Below, piece after piece: positions 46,363 through 54,430 of a stretch of 64,000 bases of DNA. How positions within the stretch are numbered: the first letter of the stretch is position 1; every line of letters begins with the position of its first letter. The position numbers and the translations under genes were made by a program. The stretch comes from Anaerolineae bacterium (GTDB lineage: Bacteria; Chloroflexota; Anaerolineae; UBA4142). The stretch is taken from contig DAOUAL010000023.1 of NCBI GenBank assembly GCA_034433515.1, positions 73 through 64,072 of the forward strand, given 5' to 3'. The notes under the pieces were generated by a model, which saw nothing but the letters and a program-made list of their open reading frames with translations, ran no database searches and was not told the DNA's origin.

Positions 46363-47568
46363 CTACGCTCCAAATTTGGTCAGCCGTTGCGCATTCGCTA
46401 ACGCCATAGGCATCAAATCTTTTGCTGGCAAGCGACCGAGTGAACCACGCGCGCACGCACGTTCGCTATACTCGGCGATGCCGTCTGCGCGCACAAATTT
46501 GGAATAGAGCATTACAGGGACCGGATGCCATGAATGCGATTTGAGTAACGCTGGCGTCGAGTGATCGCCGCCAACGATAATCACGTCCGGTTTCAGCGCC
46601 AGCAAACGCGGGAGTTGCGCATCCACCTCTTCAATAACATGAACCTTACCGTCGAAATTTCCATCTTCGCCGTACGAATCGGTCTTTTTCACATGCAGAT
46701 AAAAGAAATCGAAATCGTTCCAATGTTTTTCGAGCGCGGCAAACTCATCCGCAATGGTTTCGCCTTCGACCGGGATTGTTTGCATTCCCAAAAGTTTTCC
46801 CAAACCACGATACATCGGATAGACGGCAATGGCAGCAGCGCGCAAACCAAACGCTTCTTCATAACTGGGCCAATGTGGTTTCTTGGCAAAACCGCGCAAG
46901 AGAATCATATTTGCCGCCGGTTGATTCGCCAGCCGTTGGCGCGCTTGCTTGATAAACTGATTCGCCACCTTGGCAGTCTTGGCAGATTTCTGATCGAGCG
47001 CCTTGACCGGCAAGGCTGGCACACCTAGTCGTTGTGGATCAGTTTCGGTCAATGCATCGCCCAGCCCTTTGCCGCGCAACACCAACACAAAACGATGTTC
47101 CTTCACTGTCTCGACCAAGATTTGCACGCCGGGAATTTTGATCGTACGGAGCAGTTTGACCAACTCGATATTCGTTGAGGTGGCGAGGCGCCCCGCGCGC
47201 CGATCGGTGAGGTGGCCATCGGCATCAATCGTTGCAAAGTTCCCGCGTGCCGCCACATCGTTGGGTCCCAAATCGAAATCAATGCCGAGTGCCTCCAGCA
47301 CACCGCGTCCAATTTCGTACTGCAATGGATCGTAGCCAAACATGCCCAAATGACCAGGTCCACTTCCCGGGGTAATGCCGGGGGCCACGGGATCGGCCAG
47401 CCCTAACGCTGATTGCGCCGCGAGTGCATCCAGATTCGGTTTGCGCGCCGCTTCGAGTTCGGTTTTGCCGCTCGGTGTCAGCGGCAAACCGCCGACCCCA
47501 TCCATCACCAGCAGTACAATTTTTGTCTTGGCTGGCACAATCAATTCGCGCATCCGTTGCATATCCAT
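46363..47568 (-). CDS. apgM: Cofactor-independent phosphoglycerate mutase, archaeal type
   Basis: 'LLVMDGVGG', 'GSGPGHLGMFGYDP', 'GGDHSTP'. ATG 47568 is preceded by 'ggaggt'; the track TTG start at 47595 is less likely. Confidence 0.85.
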   Translation of the reverse strand: MDMQRMRELIVPAKTKIVLLVMDGVGGLPLTPSGKTELEAARKPNLDALAAQSALGLADPVAPGITPGSGPGHLGMFGYDPLQYEIGRGVLEALGIDFDLGPNDVAARGNFATIDADGHLTDRRAGRLATSTNIELVKLLRTIKIPGVQILVETVKEHRFVLVLRGKGLGDALTETDPQRLGVPALPVKALDQKSAKTAKVANQFIKQARQRLANQPAANMILLRGFAKKPHWPSYEEAFGLRAAAIAVYPMYRGLGKLLGMQTIPVEGETIADEFAALEKHWNDFDFFYLHVKKTDSYGEDGNFDGKVHVIEEVDAQLPRLLALKPDVIIVGGDHSTPALLKSHSWHPVPVMLYSKFVRADGIAEYSERACARGSLGRLPAKDLMPMALANAQRLTKFGA

Positions 47569-47685
47569 GGCTTTACCTCCGGGGATAACATCCAAAGCTC
47601 ATCTTAACACTGGGCGCGTGAGATGTCAAAATAGCATTTTCCTTTTCGATAAATTTGTCGTATAATATCGCCAATCAATCGGAGG

Positions 47686-49578
47686 ATGTCCATGAATATG
47701 CAACGAACTCTGCGCTTGATTTTTCCGCTACTCGTCATCCTGTCCCTGTTTTTCCTCGCCTTGCCTACGGCGGCTCAAAGTAAAAGCGTTACCGTCACCC
47801 GCCGCGATTACGATGTAACAATTCAGGTCAATGGCGATGTGCGCATCACCGAAACCTGGGAAGCGCGATTTTCCGGCGGACCGTTCACCTTTGCCTTTCG
47901 TGGCATCACTTTGAATAAAGTCGAAGCCATTGATAGTTTTGCCGTCTCGGAAAATGGGCGCCCTTATCAAGCCAGTCCCTCCCAAGCCGCCAACACGTTT
48001 ACCACGTATCGAGAAAGCGGCCAACAATTTGTCAAATGGTTTTTCCCACCCACCATGAATCAAACTCGCACGTTTGTGATTCAATACACCTTGCACGGGG
48101 CGTTGCGCATTTACGAGGGAGGCGATCAATTCTGGTGGAAAATCATCGAAGGGGATCGTGGCTATCTCATTGAACGATCAACGATCACCGTGAATCTGCC
48201 GGCAACATTTCCCACCGATCAATTAAAAGCGGCAGTAACCACCGGGAGGGGGAGCGCAACGATTCGGGATGGCAAGACGATTGTCTTTACCAGTACGAGT
48301 CTGGGTGAAAGCGGCGAACTGGAAATTCGCGTTCAGTTTCCACACGGCGTTGTAACGGCTTCCGCTCCCAGTTGGCAAGCTGCCGCCGATGCCGAAGCGG
48401 CGGCGAAAGCCGAAGCAGAAAAATATAAACCGATTCTCAACCTGGGGTTTCTCTTTATCGGACTGGTGCTCTTGTTGTTGGGTCCCCTGGGACTCTATTT
48501 GCTCTGGTATCTGCAAGGACGCGATCCCTCCACGCCGATGATCGCACAAACAAGCGCGCCCCCAAGCAACCTGCCGCCTGGCGTGATGGGCACCCTGATT
48601 GACGAACGCGCCGATATGAAGGACATTATCGCTTCAATCGTGGATTTGGCGCGCCGCGGCGTGATCAAAATCATCGAAAAAGCAGAGCCGGGTTTTCTTG
48701 GCATTGGCACGAATCGCGATTTCGTGTTTGAGCTCGTCGGTGATACGAAAGGACTGCGTAAGTACGAAAAGACCCTTATCGAAAAAGTATTTGGCGGTGG
48801 CACCCAGCGCGAATTATCAGATTTAAAAGAAAAATTTTACACGGCGATTCCAACGCTCCAATCGCAAATGTACGAAGAGGTCACCAAAGACGGATATTTC
48901 CCGGCAAACCCCAACGCCACGCGATTAAAATATGCCGGCTTGGGCATCGCCGCGCTTGTCATCTTTGGTGGCATTGGCTTTTGTTTCTTTGGTGCACTAG
49001 TGGAGTACGCTGAACTAGCCATTTGCCCGGCGATTTCGTTGATCGCGACCGCAATCGGCTTGATTACGCTCAGTCCGTTTATGCCGCGTCGCACCCTTAA
49101 AGGTGCAGCCGAACGGCAAAAATGGATCGCCTTCAAACGCTACCTAGAGAGCATTGAAAAGTTTGCCAAACTTGATCAAGCCAAAGAATTGTTTGACAAG
49201 TACTTGCCCTATGCGATTGCGTTTGGTTTAGAAAAATCGTGGGTGCAAAAATTTGCAGCGGTGGGCACCCCTGCCCCGGTCTGGTATGATACCTACACAC
49301 CTCGACGATTCGGCGATACAAGTCGCCAAGGATGGGGTGCCGGGATGGGCAGGAGTGGTGGCGGTGTTTCCGGCGGCAGACAAATGCCCTCACTCGATAG
49401 TATGGCAAGCGGCTCGTTTCGCGGACTCGATTCGATGAGCGAAGGATTTTTCTCGATGCTCAACTCTACCGCATCGGTCCTCAGCAGCGCCCCCTCTAGT
49501 TCTGGCGGCGGTGGCTGGAGCGGTGGCGGAGGAGGAGGCGGCGGCGGTGGTGGCGGCGGCTCTTCCGGCTTTGGATAG
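47686..49578 (+). CDS. DUF2207-family membrane protein with Gly-rich C-terminal tail
   Basis: Signal/TM, large extracytoplasmic domain, central TM helices, tail 'GGGGWSGGGGGGGGGGGGGSSGFG'. The start may be ATG 47692 or 47698. Confidence 0.6.
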   Translation: MSMNMQRTLRLIFPLLVILSLFFLALPTAAQSKSVTVTRRDYDVTIQVNGDVRITETWEARFSGGPFTFAFRGITLNKVEAIDSFAVSENGRPYQASPSQAANTFTTYRESGQQFVKWFFPPTMNQTRTFVIQYTLHGALRIYEGGDQFWWKIIEGDRGYLIERSTITVNLPATFPTDQLKAAVTTGRGSATIRDGKTIVFTSTSLGESGELEIRVQFPHGVVTASAPSWQAAADAEAAAKAEAEKYKPILNLGFLFIGLVLLLLGPLGLYLLWYLQGRDPSTPMIAQTSAPPSNLPPGVMGTLIDERADMKDIIASIVDLARRGVIKIIEKAEPGFLGIGTNRDFVFELVGDTKGLRKYEKTLIEKVFGGGTQRELSDLKEKFYTAIPTLQSQMYEEVTKDGYFPANPNATRLKYAGLGIAALVIFGGIGFCFFGALVEYAELAICPAISLIATAIGLITLSPFMPRRTLKGAAERQKWIAFKRYLESIEKFAKLDQAKELFDKYLPYAIAFGLEKSWVQKFAAVGTPAPVWYDTYTPRRFGDTSRQGWGAGMGRSGGGVSGGRQMPSLDSMASGSFRGLDSMSEGFFSMLNSTASVLSSAPSSSGGGGWSGGGGGGGGGGGGGSSGFG

Positions 49579-49607
49579 AATCGAATCACCAATTCAGTGG
49601 AGGTCGC

Positions 49608-50141
49608 ATGACAACCGGTCGCATCGTGGGAATCATTTTGATGCTTGCAGGGCTAGCCATTTGCGGCATCGTTTCGCTATTTTTGGGTTTGGGCGCGATG
49701 GGTTCGGGTCCCGCGCCGCTTTCGCCGGCTGGCGCAGTGCTGGGGATCGCCTTGTTTGGTGTGGTGCCATTGCTGATTCTGGGTGGCGTGGGCGTCTTTA
49801 TGTTCATCAAAGGTGGACAGGAAGCCGCCGAGATGGCAGACGTGCGCAAGAAGGAACGCTTGCTTGGAATGATTCAAGCCGCCGGGAAAATTTCGCTGGG
49901 CAACGCCGCCATCGAACTCAAGATGACGCGCGATCAAGTGAAAAATGCAATCCTCGAATTAGTGAACCAGGGATTGTTCACCGGCTATATCAATTGGAAA
50001 GAAGGCATCTTTTATTCCAAAGATGTTTCGCAGATGCAGACAACCAAATGTCCCAACTGCGGCGGCGAGCGTTCTGCGGTAGGCAAGGGCGTTATCAAAT
50101 GTGAGTACTGCGGCGCCGAGTTGTTCCTGCCGCAGAGTTAG
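49608..50141 (+). CDS. Small membrane protein: 2 TM, winged-helix-like segment, C-terminal zinc ribbon
   Basis: TM helices at aa 5-75. 'GKISLGNAAIELKMTRDQVKNAILELVNQGLFTGYI'. 'CPNCGG...CEYCG'. Confidence 0.5.
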   Translation: MTTGRIVGIILMLAGLAICGIVSLFLGLGAMGSGPAPLSPAGAVLGIALFGVVPLLILGGVGVFMFIKGGQEAAEMADVRKKERLLGMIQAAGKISLGNAAIELKMTRDQVKNAILELVNQGLFTGYINWKEGIFYSKDVSQMQTTKCPNCGGERSAVGKGVIKCEYCGAELFLPQS

Positions 50142-50182
50142 TGCCGAACGGCTGGGCGCTCAGTCGGACAGGAGCAAACGGA

Positions 50183-51190
50183 ATGGATAGTATTCAACAG
50201 CGCATCCTTGAGATTGCCTTGCAATTGCCGGGCTATTTGGGCTACGAAGCCAAAGAGCGGCGACGCGATATGGACAAGTACACGCGCACGACGCTCGCCA
50301 ACAAGTACGAAGAACTTCACACCGCGCTCGCCCGCGTGCGCGCCAAAGCCCCGCTGGAACAAGCCGTTGATTTGGAGAACCTCGACCAAAAATTATTGCG
50401 GCTCATCGCTCGCTTTGAAACTGCACCACGCGGCTACGCCGGCTGGTTCGATGCCGCGCAAATTGTCGAGGAAGATTTGGATGCGTTGACTCAATTCGAT
50501 GCCGCGTTGGCGAACGGCGTGCCGCAACTCAAAGCGGCGATTGAATGCGTGGCAATCGCGGTGAAAGCGAAACAAGGGTTTGAGGATGCCATTAGCGCGT
50601 GTGCCGAATTGCTAGACAACTTGAATGCACGCTTTGATGAACGCGAACAATTCCTAGCCACCGGCAAGAAACCAGCCCTGAGCATTCTTCCCACCCCGCG
50701 CATTGAATCCCCCCTTGCTGCGCTCGAAGCCAAAAAAGCGCCACCCGCTGAATTGCTTGCGCTGGCTAACTTGAAATTAAACGACGCCATCGAGTACGCG
50801 GCAACCGACTATCTCGTGGCTGGCAAGATCACGTACACCATTCCGACCGGCTCTTTCTGGGCATTCCTTCTGCAAGACGGCAACCAGAAACTTTGGCTGC
50901 GGGTGGGACCGGGGAACGAGATTGCCACTTGCAAACAAATCCAATTTACAGTATCATCTCCGTTGCCCGAAACACTGGAATATAGCGGCGAAAGATTGAC
51001 GCGCAATACCAGCGGACAAGCCCACGTGAGTGTGGAAGGCGCGGGCGGCGTCAAACGTGGCACAGTCGAGTATGCGCGCTATGGCGCAGACTCGGGCGCG
51101 CGTTTGTGGATTGAAAACTTTGGCACAGAGACGCGCATCATGTTCGGGCATACGCTTGATGTAACAGAAGTCAAGATTTATCGTAGATGA
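50183..51190 (+). CDS. DUF4178-like protein (helical N-half, beta-rich C-half)
   Basis: ATG 50183 follows 'caggag'. The C-terminal half 'DYLVAGKITYTIPTGSFWAFLLQDGNQKLWLRV...' fits the DUF4178 pattern. Confidence 0.45.
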   Translation: MDSIQQRILEIALQLPGYLGYEAKERRRDMDKYTRTTLANKYEELHTALARVRAKAPLEQAVDLENLDQKLLRLIARFETAPRGYAGWFDAAQIVEEDLDALTQFDAALANGVPQLKAAIECVAIAVKAKQGFEDAISACAELLDNLNARFDEREQFLATGKKPALSILPTPRIESPLAALEAKKAPPAELLALANLKLNDAIEYAATDYLVAGKITYTIPTGSFWAFLLQDGNQKLWLRVGPGNEIATCKQIQFTVSSPLPETLEYSGERLTRNTSGQAHVSVEGAGGVKRGTVEYARYGADSGARLWIENFGTETRIMFGHTLDVTEVKIYRR

Positions 51191-51218
51191 AAAGACCGCT
51201 ATTTCCCAAGGAGGAAAA

Positions 51219-51878
51219 ATGGGTATCCTAGATCGAATGAGCCAGATTTTGCGCGCGAATCTCAACGATTTGCTAAACCACGCCGAAGACCCGGAAAAGA
51301 TGTTGAATCAAATTCTGCGCGATATGGAAGAGGCGATTAAACAGGGCCAGTCCCAAGTCGCTGAGCAGATTGCGCAAGAAAAATTGATTCAAGCCGATTT
51401 AGACGAAGCGCAGCGCAACGCCGCCGAATGGAGCAAAAAAGCCGAACTCGCCGTCTCGAAAGATCGCGATGATCTGGCACGCGAAGCCCTGCGCCGCGTG
51501 AATGATTACAATCAACAAGTCGAGATTTACCAAAAGCAACTCGATGTCCAACGTGCCGCGGTGCAAAAACTCAAAACCGATCTCCAAGCCCTGCAATCGA
51601 AATACGAAGAGGCACGCCGCAACAAGGAAATGCTGATCACCCGCGCCAAGCGTGCCGCCGCGCAAAAACAAATCTCAGCCGCGTCGGCAAAAATCTCCTC
51701 CGTGGATTATTCCTCCGAACTAGCGCGGATGGAACGTCGCATTCAAGAAGAAGAGGCGCGCGCGGCTGCCGCTGACGAAATCCAAGCCACCTCGGTGGAC
51801 GAGCAATTCAAACAATTGGGCGAGGACGATTCAGTAGATCAACAACTCGCAGAACTGAAAAAGAAATTGGGCAAGTAA
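51219..51878 (+). CDS. pspA: PspA/IM30 family protein
   Basis: 'MGILDRMSQILRANLNDLLNHAEDPEKMLNQILRDMEE' followed by a long coiled coil. Confidence 0.92.
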   Translation: MGILDRMSQILRANLNDLLNHAEDPEKMLNQILRDMEEAIKQGQSQVAEQIAQEKLIQADLDEAQRNAAEWSKKAELAVSKDRDDLAREALRRVNDYNQQVEIYQKQLDVQRAAVQKLKTDLQALQSKYEEARRNKEMLITRAKRAAAQKQISAASAKISSVDYSSELARMERRIQEEEARAAAADEIQATSVDEQFKQLGEDDSVDQQLAELKKKLGK

Positions 51879-51929
51879 GATTCAACGTTCAAGGTGCATC
51901 AAGCATCCTGAAACTTGAGGAGATTTGAA

Positions 51930-52985
51930 ATGCCACGAATCATTGATGTTGTCGAGTTTCTTGACAATACCGGCAATGAAATCGTTCACCGTGAGCCGCC
52001 CGATGGGCCCGGCGATTTTCGGCTTGGCTCGCAAGTGATTGTGCGCGAAAGTCAGAACGCCGTCTTCTTCCGCGATGGTAAAGCACTCGATGTATTTGGA
52101 CCCGGTCGCCACACCATCACCACCGCCAACATTCCGATCCTCGCCAGCATCATCGGTGTGGCGACGAGCGGTAAATCCCCCTTCCCTGCCGAAGTCGTCT
52201 TTGTCAACATGAAAGAATTTCTCAATCAAAAGTGGGGCACACCCGAACCGATCGCTTTCCGCGACCCTGATTTGGGGATGGTCCGCTTGCGTGGATTTGG
52301 CACCTACGCCTTTCAGGTCAAGGATGTATCGCTGTTCGTCAACGGCATCGTCGGGCAGCAAGGAATTTACACGACCGAAGGCATCGAAAGTTTCTTGCGC
52401 AGTATGATCATCACCAAGTTGACCGACATACTGGGGGAACAAAAGAAATCCATTTTGGATTTGCCCAGTCTCTACAGCGAAATTGGCGCGGGGACCAAAG
52501 CGCAACTCACCGATGATTTTGCACGCGTGGGGCTCACCCTTAAAGCGCTCTATGTCAACGCCATCACGCCGACCGAAGAGACCGCCAAGGCGATTGATGA
52601 ACGCGCGGCAATGGGCGCCATTGGCGATATGGACAAGTACCTGAAATTCAAAGCCGCACGCGCTATGGGCGATGCCGCTTTGAATGAAAGCGGCGCCGGT
52701 GCCGGCGCCCTGCAAATGGGTGTGGGACTAGGCGCGGGGGCTGGGCTCGGGGCAGGTCTTGCCGGGATGATGGCGCAAGCGATGCAATCGGCGCAACAAG
52801 CCGGCAAAGCCGGTGCACCGACCATCATTTGCCCTTCGTGTAACACCTCCAACCCAACCGGCGCGCGCTTTTGCAACAACTGTGGCACTAAACTCACCGC
52901 CAACCCTATCAAGTGCCCCACGTGTGGCACAGAAAATCCGCCGGGCGCAAAATTCTGTAGCAACGACGGAACCAAACTGAGTTAA
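51930..52985 (+). CDS. SPFH-domain protein (YdjI/COG4260-like) with C-terminal double zinc ribbon
   Basis: 'MPRIIDVVEFLDNTGNEIVHR', 'SQNAVFFRDGKALDVFGPGRH'. C-terminus 'CPSC..CNNCG' and 'CPTCG..C'. Confidence 0.8.
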   Translation: MPRIIDVVEFLDNTGNEIVHREPPDGPGDFRLGSQVIVRESQNAVFFRDGKALDVFGPGRHTITTANIPILASIIGVATSGKSPFPAEVVFVNMKEFLNQKWGTPEPIAFRDPDLGMVRLRGFGTYAFQVKDVSLFVNGIVGQQGIYTTEGIESFLRSMIITKLTDILGEQKKSILDLPSLYSEIGAGTKAQLTDDFARVGLTLKALYVNAITPTEETAKAIDERAAMGAIGDMDKYLKFKAARAMGDAALNESGAGAGALQMGVGLGAGAGLGAGLAGMMAQAMQSAQQAGKAGAPTIICPSCNTSNPTGARFCNNCGTKLTANPIKCPTCGTENPPGAKFCSNDGTKLS

Positions 52986-52997
52986 GCCGTAACAAAA

Positions 52998-53029
52998 GGC
53001 ACTCTCGGTTTGAGAGTGCCTTGATTTTT
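52998..53029. terminator. Bidirectional intrinsic terminator
   Basis: 'ggcactctc-ggttt-gagagtgcc' flanked by 'aacaaaa' and 'ttgattttt'. Confidence 0.75.
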
Positions 53030-53030
53030 G

Positions 53031-53156
53031 CTATTGGTTTTTGGTTTCCAGCAATGCACGCTCGCGTTGCACGGCTTGCCAACGCTGACGCAAACTCAAC
53101 AGATAGCCAATGATCACCACCGCAATCAGTAGGTAGGCAATCGCTAGATATTCCAT
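53031..53156 (-). CDS. ccmD: CcmD-like small membrane protein (41 aa, not in the ORF track)
   Basis: My translation: MEYLAIAYLLIAVVIIGYLLSLRQRWQAVQRERALLETKNQ*. Single TM plus basic tail, 4 nt after ccmC. Confidence 0.6.
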   Translation of the reverse strand: MEYLAIAYLLIAVVIIGYLLSLRQRWQAVQRERALLETKNQ

Positions 53157-53160
53157 CCGT

Positions 53161-53898
53161 TCACCCCATTAACTCACGTAATACGTTCACTTGATCGCGC
53201 GCTTGCTCCAGACGTAAACGTTGAATCAGCAGATACGCAAACAACCAGGTGAACGAGAGCAAGCATACCATCAAGGTTTGCGTCATCTGAGGTGCTAGAC
53301 TCCCTTCCGTCCCAATCAGTAATTCCGGATGCATGGTGCGCCAGATTTGTACCGAGATAAAAATGATCGGCACATCAATAAAGCCCACAATCGCCAGTAC
53401 TGCCGCAAAGCGCGCCCGCCGTTCGCTCTCCGCCGTACTGCGCAACATCAAGTAGCCGATGTAGATCATCCACAGGATCAGCGAGGTAGTCAAACGGGCA
53501 TCCCACACCCAAAACACGCCCCACGCTTTTCTTGCCCACATCGGTCCTGTGAGCAACACGAGCGTGATAAACACCACGCCAATTTCTGCCGCCGAAAGTG
53601 CCAGCGCATCCCAGCGGCGTTCGCGCTTCCACAAGAACATGAGGCTTGCCACAAAGACGACAAAGAACGCGAGAAAGCCGACCCACGCACTCGGGACGTG
53701 AAAATAGAAAATCCGTTGCACATCGCCCATTGTGCGTTCGGTGGGGGCGTAAAAGAGTGCCATATATAATCCAATGGCGATGTTGAGAATGGCAATGATG
53801 CCGATGACTCGCACAATCGGCGTGATGGTCTGATCGGCGAGCCAACGCCAATATAGTTTATCTGTCCTCAGTGGTTCAGAAATACGTGCTTGCGACAT
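53161..53898 (-). CDS. ccmC: Heme exporter protein CcmC
   Basis: Trp-rich motif 'WGVFWVWDARLT', conserved His residues, 6 TM helices. Confidence 0.9.
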   Translation of the reverse strand: MSQARISEPLRTDKLYWRWLADQTITPIVRVIGIIAILNIAIGLYMALFYAPTERTMGDVQRIFYFHVPSAWVGFLAFFVVFVASLMFLWKRERRWDALALSAAEIGVVFITLVLLTGPMWARKAWGVFWVWDARLTTSLILWMIYIGYLMLRSTAESERRARFAAVLAIVGFIDVPIIFISVQIWRTMHPELLIGTEGSLAPQMTQTLMVCLLSFTWLFAYLLIQRLRLEQARDQVNVLRELMG

Positions 53899-53910
53899 TC
53901 GATCACTCTC

Positions 53911-54429
53911 CTAAATCGGACTACCACACTTGCTACAGAACTTGTCGCCGAGCGCGGCGCGTTTGCCACACGCGGGGCAACGCACTCCGCGCAGTGACGC
54001 ACCACATTTAGCACAAAACACATCTTCGGGTGCGTGCGGGGTACCACATTTGGGGCAATGAGTGGAGCCGGCTACCGAAGCGCGACGCAAACGCCCCACT
54101 TCGCGTTCAATCACCTCATCGGTAACTGCCACACGACTTGCCCGCGCGCCATTCAGACTATCGAGTTCTTGCAAAATCGCCACCGCTTTGGTTTCGTACT
54201 TGGCGCGCAATGACCGATAATCGGCATCCGATAACTTGCCCATCGCGTGATCGTTTTCCAAATCCTTGATTGCCAGATAAGTCGCATCACGTTGGGCAAT
54301 CAAGTTCTCGTACACCGGATCGGTCAAGCCCACAAACGCCACGTCCAACTCTTCTGAACGTTGGAACAAGGGATACACTACAAAGGTGACGGCGACAATA
54401 ATCATCAACGCAATTGCCAAGGTAATCAT
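53911..54429 (-). CDS. CcmI-N-terminal-like membrane protein fused to a double zinc ribbon
   Basis: 'TFVVYPLFQR' TM, then 'IKDLENDHAMGKLSDADYRSLRAKYE' (CcmI_N-like). C-terminus 'CPKCG..CAKCG' and 'CPACG..CSKCG'. Confidence 0.5.
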   Translation of the reverse strand: MITLAIALMIIVAVTFVVYPLFQRSEELDVAFVGLTDPVYENLIAQRDATYLAIKDLENDHAMGKLSDADYRSLRAKYETKAVAILQELDSLNGARASRVAVTDEVIEREVGRLRRASVAGSTHCPKCGTPHAPEDVFCAKCGASLRGVRCPACGKRAALGDKFCSKCGSPI

Positions 54430-54430
54430 C

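Noticed and set aside
49495-49578. GGN-rich tract as an expanding coding repeat
   Set aside because: Gly-rich C-terminal tails are, as I recall, typical of DUF2207 proteins. I see no evidence of instability from a single sequence.
51882-52715. 277-aa minus-strand ORF
   Set aside because: Antisense to the well-supported SPFH/YdjI-like gene, with no motifs.
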